In this document: positions 39,590 through 53,625 of the stretch, piece by piece | Layout of the letters: every line of letters starts with the position of its first letter | How positions within the stretch are numbered: the stretch's first letter is position 1 | Assembly: GCF_006345805.1 (NCBI RefSeq) | Contig: NC_043000.1 | Location: 81,406,001 to 81,470,000 of the forward strand | Length of the DNA stretch: 64,000 bases | Reading direction: 5' to 3' | From: Octopus sinensis | Lineage: Eukaryota | Translations under genes and position numbers: made by a program | Notes under the pieces: model-generated | What the model saw: only the letters and a program-made list of their open reading frames with translations | The model's database searches: none | Told to the model about the DNA's origin: nothing

Positions 39590-40340
39590 AATAATAAATC
39601 TCTGAACGAGACGTAAACAGTAGCAGCATGGAGTTGTGAAGTATATTTGCCACCTAAATGTGGTGGACCCATAGGGGATGATGCTACTATTGTTTATAGC
39701 CCCAGGAAGACATCTTCTCCAGCTGGCTAATGACACACTGTCTCTGTCCGATTAGTAGTTGCAAAGGGAAATCCTTGTTCTCATCTCTAGCCTTATGTGA
39801 TACACACAGACCCAGGTTTCTGAATAGTAACCCATCATCAGCATGTGACAATCACCAGCTAGTGATGATTTCCCTCCACAAATACTAATCGGACACAGAC
39901 AGTGTATTGTTAGCCAGCTGGAGGAGATGTCTTCATGGGGCTATAAACAACAGTAGCATTGTCCCCTATGGGTCCACCACATTTAGGTGGCAAATATACT
40001 TCACGATTCCATGCTGCTGCTGTTTACATCTCACTCAGAGATTTATTATTACTTGTTTCTCCTTTTTCGAGATAAGCGACAGTTTGTTACAGGAAAAAGC
40101 ATATAGTATTCTGCACTTGGTATGAGTTCTCATCGCTAGCTGGTGATTGTCACACACTGGTGATGGGTTACTACACAGAAACCCAGAGATGTTAATGATG
40201 ATTTCCCTTCGCAAATACTAATCAGCCACAGACAGTGTGTCGTTAGCCAGCTGGAGGAAATGTCTTCCTGGGGCTATAAACAACAGTAGCATCATCTCCT
40301 ATGTGTCCTCCACATTTAGGTGGCAAATATACTCCACGAT
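39590..40340. mobile_element. HHR-containing tandem plus inverted repeat unit (PLE pseudo-LTR or retrozyme-like)
   Basis: About 39590-39772 is inverted relative to about 39867-40050; gatgatttccc..aatactaatc recurs at 39864 and 40197 (333-bp period); 39812-39866 is inverted relative to about 40129-40185. Confidence 0.8.
39803..39847 (-). ncRNA. Minimal type I hammerhead ribozyme motif
   Basis: CACAUG-CUGAUGA-UGGGU(UACU)AUUCA-GAAAC-CUGG-GUC^UGUGUG: complete core, GUC triplet, all three stems pair (with G-U pairs). Confidence 0.8.
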
Positions 40341-41040
40341 AATTTATATGGATATATTAATAATCTATATTTGATCTGAGATCATGTGTTAGTAATAAAA
40401 CAGTATTATGTTATCTATCCATAATAATCTATATTTTATCTAAAATCATATGTTAGGACTAAAACAATATATCTAATATTTGGTCTGTGATCATATCTAT
40501 GGAAATAAGCAACATATGTAGATACAATCATCTAAATTTGATTTAAGATCTTGTTATTGGACTAAAACAATATATATCATATAATTATAATGATATTGAT
40601 TATTACATCTTATGTAGTGAGTGTTGCAGACTGACAGAATTGTAAGTGCATCAGACAACATGCTTTTTATGTTCTGAGTTCATAAGGTGTTGAGGTCAAC
40701 TTTGCTTTTCATCATTTTTAGGGATCAGTGAAATAAATGAGTACCCATGTACTGGGATCAATGTAATTGTCTTACACTCCCTCAAATTTCTTGACTTGTA
40801 TCTATATTAGAAACAGTTATTGTTCTACAGTTATATATTGTTAAATATTACAGATGTTCATCATAAATCTGCAACACCTAGCCTATACCTCATACCCTGA
40901 CACTCAAATTCATTGTATCTATATCAAAGAGCTTTGCCATGTCTCTCTGAACTGACCTCTGATACTCTTCTGCACTGTATTATCAGTGATACTCTACACC
41001 CTTAAAATACCAATCAATATTAAAAGCTAAACCATATATA

Positions 41041-41854
41041 CAGGGTGTGGTGGATAAACTGTCATCTAAATTATGCCAAAATGAAAATAACACTGACATC
41101 TCATTTTAACAGATATATTTACCAAAATTACATAGAAATATCTTGAAATACTGAAGAGTAAATTTATTCAATAAAATCGTCATTGGCTTCAACCACAGTT
41201 TCCAGACGACTTCACAATTTCCTGCATCTCTTCTGGACAGTCTCCTTGTTTCAGTTGGTAAATGCTGCCATAATCTTTGCCTTCAGTTCATCTTTGGTGT
41301 AACAAGGAGTTTTGTTGTTCTCTTGCTCAACTGTGCCCCATATATAATAACCAAGGGAGTTTCAGTCTGGGGAGTTAGGTGGCCAGATATTAGGGGTGAA
41401 GTGGTCACAGAAATTGCCTGACAGCCATGACTGGGTTCTCCTGTTTGTGTGGCATGGTGCAGAGACCTGTTGCCAGACATAGGAACTTCCAGCAGCCACC
41501 CTCTTGACCCAGGGCAACATTACCTCCTCCAGGCACTTGATGTAGGGCTCTGTGTTGAGCCTGAGGTGGTGTGGGAAGATAAATGGAGGCATAACGTCAC
41601 CATCACTAGAGATCACTCCGAACACCATGATGTTGACTGGATGTTTGATTTGTATCACTCTCAGTACATGTTTTGAGGATATGACAAGTCTTCAGATTGA
41701 CACCCAAACACTCTGAAGTGTTTGTATTGGAGCTTCCCACAGATGGTGCCCAACTGACTCTATTATACTGTGTAGTCGATAAAATCAAAAGCAAACAATG
41801 TGCATGCATGAAATTAAAAATATAATATAGTAACAATTTACCCATCACACCCTG
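41041..41854 (-). mobile_element. Internally deleted DD37D (maT-type) transposon with both TIRs and TA TSD
   Basis: TA|CAGGGTGTGGTGGATAAACTGT ... ACAATTTACCCATCACACCCTG|TA; ORF 41362-41658 is nearly the same as the 32141-32605 peptide. Confidence 0.92.
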
Positions 41855-41857
41855 TAG

Positions 41858-41903
<46 letters not shown>

Positions 41904-42100
41904 CTATTGCTCCCTTAAGGCAAATCATATTATCATCATCATTTAACATCCATCTTCCATGCCGGCATGGGTTGGTTGGTTTGAAAGGAGTTGGCAAGCC
42001 AGAGGACTGCACCTAGCTCCACCATCTGTTTTGGTATGGTTTTTAGGGTTGGATGCCCTTCCTAGTGCCAACCACTTTATAGAGTAGACTCTATATGTAT

Positions 42101-42171
<71 letters not shown>

Positions 42172-42890
42172 ATTGAATAACCATGGAAAAAGAATTATAT
42201 AATCAGTTTCATTAGCTTATAACTGTTTCTATAAGATTTTGCACAGCTTCTTATATTAGAAGCATTTGGAAACTAATGCAGCAAATCATGTAATTCCTGT
42301 TCCCTTGTCATCCAATAATTAATATTATACTCTGTACTCACCTAATGCTTTATTCTAAACCATATGACGAGAGTATAGTAGTATTGTACCAAGTTGCATT
42401 TAGAAGTGTGATGAAGGAAGAGGATTGTGTGACATAGATTTAAAATGAAACATAGTCCTGCCACTAACTTCACTAGATTTACTTTTTATTTTACAATGTT
42501 CTGCATCGTTAAGAAAATCAGAACTATCATCATCATCATTATCATCATCATCACCACCATTACCTTCATCATCATAACCATTGTCATCATTCTTTCGACA
42601 TCCTTTGTTTTTTATGCTGTCATGGATGCATTTAGCCAGTACACCACACAGTACATGTCTCTCGGCATGATCCTACATCATTTCATCTGTAAGTTCAATC
42701 ATCCTGAGGTCTGACATATCTATTTCTTTCCATCTCCCTCTACTACTGGTATATTCAGTACATTACATTTTGACCCCAGATTCATTCTCCACTTGCTTCA
42801 TACTTGGTTCATTCAACATTCAAGCACAGTCAATTTTCATTTCATACATCAGCTGATACCTTTGAAATTCATCCTCTCTTTCTCTCTCTC

Positions 42891-42943
<53 letters not shown>

Positions 42944-44750
42944 ACTGTTCACATTTTCTCTGTCATACTTCCCTCATTTGTTGATAGATTTTGAAGATCA
43001 TCCACATTTAAAATTTATAACTCACTTTTATAACTCAGTGCATCATCCATTACATTACACAGGTCTCCTATTTGCTTCCTTTTGCATCCAGAGAGGTGCT
43101 CTTTTTTATCACTTACATGCATAACAGCTTTATGGTGTCAAGGTACAAACATTTTTCTAAAACCAAATCAACAAGATGGCTTCTGTATGATCAATCAGCT
43201 TGCTCAAAATAACTATCAGATCTTCCTCAAATTACACTTGTTGTTTTAAAATATGAAGGATACATTGGATTATGTAGACCTAGTTAACAGAATAGTCATA
43301 GTTGAAATGGCATTGACCATCGGTCTGCTCATGTAGGTTAACCTGGAAATAACCAACAACATCTCCCTTTATACTGACATTGTAGCATTAATAATATCAA
43401 ACACTTATACTCAAACACCTACACACAAATGCATGCACATCCGCACACAAATGGGTTACATAAGTTACTCTAATATACTAACGGTCATTTGTGATATACT
43501 CTTTTATCATGATAGAAATACTTGGTGCACATACATAACTAAAGTGGTTAAAAAGTTGACTTTCCAATCACATCTTTCTTGGTTTGATTCCACTTCACTC
43601 ATGACTAGTATCTTCAATCATAGCTTTAGAGGTTGATCCAAACCACATGATTAAATTTCAGAATATAAACCTGCCAAAGATAAACCTAATCACTTGCCCT
43701 ACGTAACACCACTGCTTAGCACCTTGAGGGCCTTTAGCAGAATCCACTCTGTGGCAAGTATAGTCAGGTCAGCTCTTTGGTGTCTCCCTTCATCTCCCTG
43801 AGATTCTTCAAAAAAAGATCATCAGTACAGTTCTTCTTCTTCAATGAAAACCTGTATATACCGAGAATGAGTATATTCCAGGATTTGCATGCAGCCTGAA
43901 TGGGACTTGTATTAAAAATGTGGATTTTCCTGAGTGACTGTGTGTGTGTATATGTCTTTGTGTGTGTGTGAGAGAGAGAGTACCGGATTAATAAACAATC
44001 TGTGACATAATTTCTATACTTCAACCAGTCGAATCTGCCATGTCTCTTTCATGCTTAGTTAATACCTTCTTTATTTTCTTTAATCTTCAGTTTTTAGGTG
44101 CCTGTCCTCCAATTTTTATTATCATTTCAGATAACTAAGTGTATGCTGGTATGTACACTTGGTTAGTGACTTGTAATATAGCCTCAATCCTAGATGTTGC
44201 AGCTTGACATTACTTTAATTCTGCTGATCCAAGCACTTGAATCATACGTGGAGCGGAGTTTTACATTCTGATATACTTGTTTAGGCCTATTATGTGATAA
44301 TGGCACAGGTCAACAGCCAAGTACCATGGGATATTTTATCTGATTCTCCTATGATTCTGCTGATCCACTATGATGGTGACCGGTTTGGTTTCAGTTCTTA
44401 ATTGAAATCAATCCACTGCTATCAGCAGCAGCAGCAGCAGCACAACTATTGTTATCATCACTATCATTATCAGTGCAACTATTGTCACCATATCATTACC
44501 ATTAATCCTACTGGTATCACCATCATGGCTCAATGGTTATAGTATTGAGCTTACAATTGTGAGGTTGTTAGTTCAATTCCTGGACCAGTGCATAACTGGT
44601 ACTTATTTATTGACCCTGAAAGAATGAAAGGCAAAGTCGACCTCAGCAGAATTTGAACTCAGAACATAGCAGCAGACAAAAGACTGTTATGTATTTTGCA
44701 GTGTGCTCATGATTCTGTTAGCTCACCGACTTAATAATGATAATAATAAT

Positions 44751-45222
44751 AAAAGGAAGGCAAAAATCGTCTGGGACTCTGATTTCCAGACAGACAAGTG
44801 TTAAAGCAACGAAAGCCAGATATAGTAACCTTTAGGAGGGACAAGCAAGAATGACTAATAATCGACGTAGCAGAGCCAGGAGATCAACATATTATCATGA
44901 AAGAAAGAGAAAAAGTTGATAGATATGGAGACCTGAGAACTGAGATTGCTAAGATGTGGTACCTATGAGAGTCAAATATATCCCTATTGTCATCAGAGCA
45001 TCCAGTTCAATACCACGCAATCTGAAAAAACATCTGAAAACCTTAGAGATACCCTACAACCTAGATGTATTGCAAAAGTCAGCTTTACTTGGAATTACAC
45101 ACATATTGCATAAAGTACTGTCTATCTGAGGTCCTTGTTGTGACTTGACAAACTACAAACCCCCCGGTAAATACATTATCTTCAATCAACAACCTCACGA
45201 TATTGTATACAGTGCAACGTCT
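44751..45222 (+). mobile_element. 3' remnant of a fourth R4/Dong-like RLE element
   Basis: Manual translation: AKIVWDSDFQTDK / RKPDIV...LIIDVAEPGD..EKVDRYGDLRTEIAKMW / LQKSALLGITHILHKVLSI*; (TAA)n on both sides (44733-44750, 45223-45360). Confidence 0.85.
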
Positions 45223-45249
45223 ATAATAATAATGATAATAATAATGATG

Positions 45250-45357
<108 letters not shown>

Positions 45358-46104
45358 TAATCCTTCCTACTATTGGCACAAAGCCTGAAATTTGGTGGGG
45401 AGGGGACTAGTCAATTACATTTACCCCAGAACTTGACTGGTACTTATTTCATTGACCCTAAAAAGGATGAAAGTCAAAGTCAGTCTCAGCAGAATTTGAC
45501 AGATGACAATTGAAATTAGGTTGTGCATTGTAGCTTCCCACAGTTTCACATTATATGTTTTTTTATATAAATAGAGGTTTTGCTATAAATTAGAGGTTTA
45601 TGAAGATAACATCTTTGTATATGTTGGTGTAGGTGTGTATATGTCACTGTACACACACATATATGTGCATGCACATACACACACACAAGCATACATGTAT
45701 GTATATATGTGTGTGTGTGTCCATACAGATGTACAACTTCTACGTCTAGAAATAACTGTTCCTGACAACAGATTTAAATCATTAGTTATGATACTGCTTC
45801 TGAAACCCTTACCATATGTGTATACACACACACACACACACACACATATGCTACACACATCTATATATGTGTGTGTATATATATAGATGTGCATGTGTAT
45901 ATTTGTGTGTGTGCATGCATGCACATGTGTGTATATATGCATATCTGTATCAAGACATATATACATAGATACATATACACACACGTGCATTACACACATC
46001 TATATGTATGTGTATGTGTTCATAGTTATGTGTATTTCTATGTCTATACGTATGAATATGTGTATATTTATGTGTGTGTCTGCATGCGCACACACACACA
46101 CATG

Positions 46105-46135
<31 letters not shown>

Positions 46136-46146
46136 ATGTATGTATG

Positions 46147-46206
<60 letters not shown>

Positions 46207-46303
46207 CATAGATATATATATCTGTATATATACATGAATATGTACATGCTATATGTATGTATATGAATATATACATATATGTGTATGTGTATGTGTGTTT
46301 GTG

Positions 46304-46344
<41 letters not shown>

Positions 46345-46930
46345 GATACATACACACGTTCTATGTTTGTATACATTATATGTTTGTGTGTGTGTGTATT
46401 CATAAATTCTTGTGTGCATGTGTGTGTTTGTATGTAGGTAATTGCATAAAATGTGGGAACAAAGCCATTTTCTCCTAAAATCTATTACAAACAATCCAGT
46501 AATATATGCAAAAAAATAAATAAACAAATGTAGCATATATAACAAAACATAAACAAGCTGAAAGGCAATAAGAACAACAAGACATCAGCAACAAAGCTAT
46601 AATGATGTCGATATTTTCATATTTCTAAACGGTAGTAAGTAGCGTTGATATGCAAGTGGGGAATCAGAAAATGATGCAGAATTCCTTAATTTGAGCTGAG
46701 TAAAAATCTAAAATGTTTATATTATGCATCTTTCATACTTTCTTTGTCTACCTCTCTTGCTCTCTTTCTCTTTCTTTCTGTCTCTCCCTCTCCCTTTTTC
46801 TCTCAATTTGCATCTCCCTTTCCTCTCTTTGTCTCATTCTGCATCTCTCTTCCCTCTCTCTCTCTTTCTCATTCTGCAAGTTGCAAGCAATGTATATCAT
46901 CATCATAAGCATCATCATCGTCATCATCAA

Positions 46931-46987
<57 letters not shown>

Positions 46988-48163
46988 AATCATAATTTCA
47001 TTTTTTGCTGGTATACCCATCTCACTAATAACTTGGAACTCTGTCTATAGAATGATGCCATACTTTAGCTGAACATGGAACCATAGAGTTTACTAGCTGA
47101 GAAGTTTCAAATTTTAGAGTAACCAGTAACATTACATAAACTAGAGATTTGAAGTATTGTCTAATTGCTATGTGTGGTGGAAGAAAGTCTTGCAAAATTC
47201 CATGTGCATTGATAACACAACTCATAAAATTTGGCTGTATCTAGTTCCTGCATGAGGAATTGTTCTTGATGGCAATAGCTTTGGTCTGAGTTGCCTTCAT
47301 CTACATCACAGTCACACATGTACGGTGGCTCTGCAATCTCCAATAAATCCAGTCATGTGACTACCTTTAATCAATGAAAACTGAGCCTGCATCTATGAAC
47401 GTAATATCTTTGGTCATCTTTCACACTTACTGCAATATTATCAGAAGGGTGACAAATATATACTTCTGTGAGTGACATTAAGTAACAATAGAGTGGATCA
47501 TTTATTATCTTCTAATGTATGTGTGTGTGCATGCAGGCACACGTGCACATAAAAAATGCATATTTGCAGCACTTTGGGCAAGTGTCTTCTATTGTAGCAC
47601 CAGACTAACCAAAATCTTGTGAGTGTCGTAGAAAAAAATTATACAAAACCTATTGTGTGTGTGAGTGAAAAGTCACTGAGCTACAAACAGTGTTAATTCC
47701 TGTCCACAAATTACCCACAGGCATGCAGAATAAAAATAAACTCCTTACTTGAAGAAGGATTAGTAACAGAATGTCATCCAGCTGTAAAATAATGCCTCAG
47801 TAATATCTAATCTTCTATCTCAGGTTTTCTTATAGTGGTATCAATTTTTTTATGTTATTTATAAAGGATTTATAAATGCAAACTAGTAAATTAACCTTCT
47901 GTAGATCCCTAAGCTTATACTCATGCTAGCCAAAATTATATTTACTACCTCTCCAGCCCACAGCTCAAAGATCTGTATATACCTATTTCTTTATTACCCA
48001 CTAGGGGCTAAACACAGAGGGGACAAACAAGGACAGACATAGGTATTAAGTCGATTACATCGACCCCAGTGCGTAACTGGTACTTAATTTATCGACCCCG
48101 AAAGGATGAAAGGCAAAGTCGAAAGTTTAAACAATGTTTAAACCTTGCCAAGACAAATATTTA

Positions 48164-48232
48164 AACCACCTGATGAATGACTGTAACTCGAAAATTTAAA
48201 GAAATTAACAACCATGAAACGATCGTAGTGTT
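48164..48232 (+). ncRNA. Type I hammerhead motif in a PLE-like terminal fragment (about 48123-48440)
   Basis: AACCAC-CUGAUGA-AUG...CAU-GAAAC-GAUC-GUA^GUGUU; complete core and palindromic ACGAUCGU; stems I and II imperfect. Confidence 0.65.
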
Positions 48233-48464
48233 ATATTAATTATATTTTTTTAATAATTCTGTTATATATTTTAATAATATAAATTAAATAATCTTATGTA
48301 TTGCCTTAAGTTTTTCATTGTATGATTTGCCTAATAGTGGTTTTGTCTCTAATTTAATATAATATAATATTTTACTATAAAATTGGATTCAATCCTAAAT
48401 CTGTTTTTTCCCTGTAAGTTTGGATTTTTTCCCTAATATTTATATATATATATATATATATATA

Positions 48465-48687
48465 CTCTTTACTCTTTTACTCTTTTACTTGTTTCAGTCA
48501 TTTGACTACAGCCATGCTGGAGCACTGCCTTCAGTCAAGCAAATCAACCCCAGGACTTATTCTTTGTAAGCCTAGTACTTATTCTATCGATCTCTTTTGC
48601 TGAACTGTTAAGTTACGGGGACATAAGCACACCACCATCAGTTGTCAAGCGATGTTGGGGGAAACAAACACAGACATACAAACATAT

Positions 48688-48718
<31 letters not shown>

Positions 48719-49357
48719 CATATATATGACGGACTTCTTTCAATTTCCATCTACCAAATCCTCCTACAAGGCTTTCGTCAACCCAAGGCCATAGTAGAAG
48801 ACACTTGCCCAAGGTGCCATGCAGTGGGAATGAACCCAGAACCATGTGGTAAGCAGGCTACTCACCACACAGCCACTCCTACACCTATATATATATGTAT
48901 GTATGTATATATATATATATATATTATATATATATATATACTCTTTACTCTTTTACTCTTTTACTTGTTTCAGTCATTTGACTACAGCCATGCTGGAGCA
49001 CTGCCTTCAGTCAAGCAAATCAACCCCAGGACTTATTCTTTGTAAGCCTAGTACTTATTCTATCGATCTCTTTTGCTGAACTGTTAAGTTACGGGGACAT
49101 AAGCAACCACCATCAGTTGTCAAGCGATGTTGGGGGAAACAAACACAGACATACAACATATACACACACATACATATATATATATATATACATATATATG
49201 ACGGACTTCTTTCAATTTCCATCTACCAAATCCTCCTACAAGGCTTTCGTCAACCCAAGGCCATAGTAGAAGACACTTGCCCAGGTGCCATGCAGTGGGA
49301 ATGAACCCAGAACCATGTGGTAAGCAGGCTACTCACCACACAGCCACTCCTACACCT
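48465..49357 (-). repeat. Near-identical tandem duplication of a full-length SINE A (476-bp period)
   Basis: Units start at 48465 and 48941, share private variants and differ by a few single-base deletions. Confidence 0.9.
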
Positions 49358-49368
49358 ATATATATATG

Positions 49369-49414
<46 letters not shown>

Positions 49415-49576
49415 TGTATGTGTATGTGTGTGTATAATGCTTATGTTTATGTGAGTGTGCAGGTGTGTCAGATGATGGTAGGTAACCTACACAATATTCT
49501 TACATCCATTGTCTAAATATACTTTAAAAAGACATTCACTAAAAAGATTTCTCTGCTACTATCTATTTATCTACTT

Positions 49577-49617
<41 letters not shown>

Positions 49618-51027
49618 TTCTTTTTCTCTCTTGTTCTCAGTTTATTACCTTGCCTCCCTTTCCTTTTACATCACTCTGTTCGTTTATGCATGCACACACA
49701 CATACACACACACACATGCATACGAACTCCTTTTCCGTATATCTTTCCCTCCTTCTCACCCTCTCTTGGATTTTACCTTACTCCTCCTTTCCCTCTTGCA
49801 TTCATCTTTCATCCATTTTTATTTTCATATTTCCTTTCTCTTCCCTTCTGTCTGTCTGTTCTTCACAAAAACAATAATCACCTTCACCACTATCATTAAC
49901 ACCACAACTACCAGTAAGCTAGTAAGCATCACTATCAACATCACAGTCAACATGAGTTCCACCTTCATCATTATCACCACAATTCCTATCAATACCACTA
50001 GCACTACCACCTACCTTTACCACTGTTCTTGCCCTCCATCTCAAACACTGAAAGTGGAACACCATGTGACAGCTGACATTTGAATGTACAGAGTAATTAT
50101 AAACTAGTTTATACCACTTCATTGACTGAAGACTGTGACAGCTGGTAGCATTATGGAGTACTAAGGAGTATCAAAGTATTCTTGAGGTTAGTCTCAAGAC
50201 TGAGACTAACATGAGAAATATTATCCAGCATTGTGGGGAACCAAGAAGTATGAAGTTACACTTTATGCCACTCTACCTCTTCTGAAGCCAACATAGAGAA
50301 GAGAAAAGAAGTACTCCTGGGTAACAGTCCAATTTTCTTTGAGACTGATGAAGTGTTGAATTTGTGTCTTAGTAGAAGCTGGATTTCAGTTTTTGTTGTT
50401 GTCATTATTTGACCTCGGGGGGGGGGGGATTCCTGATGGAGCAGGTCTGTGGCGCATAGACAGTGGAATAACTTAGTGTGATCCAAAGCACCATAATTTC
50501 TGATATACTGTATCAATATGAAGGTTTTATTGTTGTTTTAAATTATACTCAAAGATGTTCCATGTGTAAGCATTTTGACTTTTATTCAGATGTTGCATAT
50601 CATGGTCTGAATTATCTGTTGAATCCTTCAATTGTTTTAAGATGGTTGGCCACCATTGTTGTATGACTAATTGGTGGATGTCATTGTTGTTACCATTGTT
50701 GTGTTTTTAACTCCTGCTCGACACAGATCAACGGATCCTTTCTCTTTTAAGGAGTAACTAAATCTACATTATCTTGAATAACTTTTTCTATACCAAAGAT
50801 GGTTTGATTTGAGTGATTTGTTAATGAAGTGTCAGGACCGAGCTTTAAGGTACAAGGTGGGTATATTGACAGAGTATTGCATCTGGTATTCTCTTGGTTA
50901 CAATAAATAACTTATCATTCCATCATACCAGATTCTGTTATTTATCACAAGTGTAATGTATGATGGGATGTTAGAAGGACAAGTTACATAAAAGCTAGGG
51001 TTACATAGAAATGATTGACAAAAAAAT

Positions 51028-51062
<35 letters not shown>

Positions 51063-51587
51063 GTGTGTATATATATGTATGTATGTATGTATATATGTAT
51101 GTATATGCATAGTTAATTCAAATAAACGAAGAATAAAATTAACAATAACACACAAGAGGTTGTGCACAAGGAATGTATCAGTTTGACACTCAATATATAT
51201 TTATACATATACATGATTGGCTTCTTTTACTTTCTATCAACCAAAACTATTTACACTTTGTTTAGACATGGGCTATAGTAGAAGACACTTGGCCAAGGTG
51301 CTACACAATGAGAATAAATGTAAAAAATAAAAATAATAATTGCATCATGGGTGCTGGCATTTTTTTACATAATTTTTTCCTTTTTTGAAATCTCATTCAT
51401 GATTGGAAATCTATATTTGGACAATATCATACGGATTATTGATTTTTATTCACAGTGTGAGTTATCCATCAATTTCTATCTTTTCAATAATATCAGCAGC
51501 TATGAGCTGACGGGAGATGGGAGATTTCATTATTTTCACTTTTAAATTGCTTTAGGTCACATGATACTTAGTTTATATATATACTGC

Positions 51588-51641
<54 letters not shown>

Positions 51642-52038
51642 CATATTAATATATGTGCAATAAATATATATATATTACTTTCACTTTTAAATTGCTTTAG
51701 GTCACATGATACTTAGTTTATTTATATACTGTTATTATATATATTTATATATATATATATAAAATATACATATTAATATATGTGTAATGAACATATATAT
51801 ATATGTATCATAAACACATATATAAATATAGTATACACACACACATATATATTTATATAATTTATACATATATATTGTTTTATAATATATATAGGTGGTG
51901 CTCCGTCATAGCCGCAGTCAAATGACTGAAACAAGTAAAAGAATAAAAGAATATGTGCATGTGTGTGTAAAATTGAGACCTGAATATTTTTAGGTGATAT
52001 GCCACTGAATATTTAAGCAACATATTTCATGACACATC

Positions 52039-52071
<33 letters not shown>

Positions 52072-52377
52072 ATGTATGTATGTATTCTGCATGAATTTGC
52101 TTACATACATACAAATGTATACACATGCATACATATATGCATTTGCATACACACTTACATACATATGTATATACACATGCATACTGATGCACACACATGT
52201 GCACAAACAAACAAAAAGAACACAGGTCTGGTAATGGACAGAGTCAATGACTATTGAAAAGGTTGCAAGAGACAACGAAAATTTTAGAAAAATAATAAGT
52301 AAATGAGCGGAAATCGACAGGTGAGTGTGTTAAATGATAATGCACTAAATGAGAATGACTCTCTTCAGACACTATAT

Positions 52378-52458
<81 letters not shown>

Positions 52459-52837
52459 ATATATATATATGGTGTCATTGACCCTGTCCATTATGAGAGC
52501 TGTGTTCTTTTTGTTTGTTGTTTGTGCACATGTGTGTGCATCAGTGTGCATGTGTATATATACATATGTATGTAAGTGTGTGTGTATGCATGTATTTATT
52601 TGTATATTATATATCTATATATTATACAAAATATTTCATGTAAACCTGAAGTTTCTACCTTTAAAAACAAGGAGTTACAACCTTTTTACTTGTGTGATTT
52701 TTTTGCTATCCTGGTAACTATTTATATATTTTTTCCGTGTTAATTGTTAACAAGGGAAAAATACATCTATCTATCTATCTATCTGTCTGTCTGTCTGTCT
52801 ATCTGTCTGCCTGTCTGTCTATCTATCTATCTATCTT

Positions 52838-52907
<70 letters not shown>

Positions 52908-52908
<1 letters not shown>

Positions 52909-53470
52909 TCATTATCATCATCATCATCATCATCATCATTTAGCGTCCGTTTTCCATGCTAGCATGGGTTGGACAGTTCAACTGGGGTCTGTGAAGCCAG
53001 AAGGCTGCATCAGGCCCAGTCTGATCTGGCAGTGTTTCTATGGCTTGATGCCCTTCCTTACGCCAACCACTCCGCGAGTGTAGTGGGTGCTTTTTACGTG
53101 CCACCTGCACAGGAGCCAGACGGAGCTGGCAAACGGCCACGAACGGATGGTGCTTTTACGTGCCACCGGCATGGGGGCCAGGCAAGGCTGGCAACAGCCA
53201 CAAACGGAGGCCAGTCGGGGTGGCGCTGGCAACGGCCACGATCGGATGGTTCGCTTACTTGTCACCGGCACTGGTATCACAGCCACAATTTCTATTGATG
53301 TTGATCGACTTAGATTTTGGTTCTGCTTTCTGATATCTGATTTGATTTGGTTTGATTTGATTTTGATTTTCACTTGCCTCAACGGGTCTTCACAAGTGGA
53401 GTTTTGTGTCCCAAGAAGGAAATGTATGTATAAGTCGACCGGCTACATACCAGGTAGAGGCCACGGGTTA
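52908..53470 (-). mobile_element. RTE 3' UTR and tail copy
   Basis: (cat)n-ttagcgtccgttttccatgctagcatgggttggac...tttttacgtgccacc modules; inverse of the 29300-30013 organisation. Confidence 0.85.
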
Positions 53471-53490
53471 TGATCTCATGCATGTATATA

Positions 53491-53526
<36 letters not shown>

Positions 53527-53625
53527 TGTATGTATGTATGTATGTATGTATGTATGCATGTATGTATGTATGTATGCATGTATGTATGTATGTATGTATG
53601 TACGTGCACACAAACACTTTTGTAG

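Noticed and set aside
44000-44400. Possible decayed minus-strand RTE fragment
   Set aside because: Resemblance too weak to call by eye.
52340-52372. Minus-strand CUGAAGA at the end of the half fold-back element as a hammerhead
   Set aside because: No downstream GAAA-stem III-UH; the fuller copy at 14780 lacks the core.
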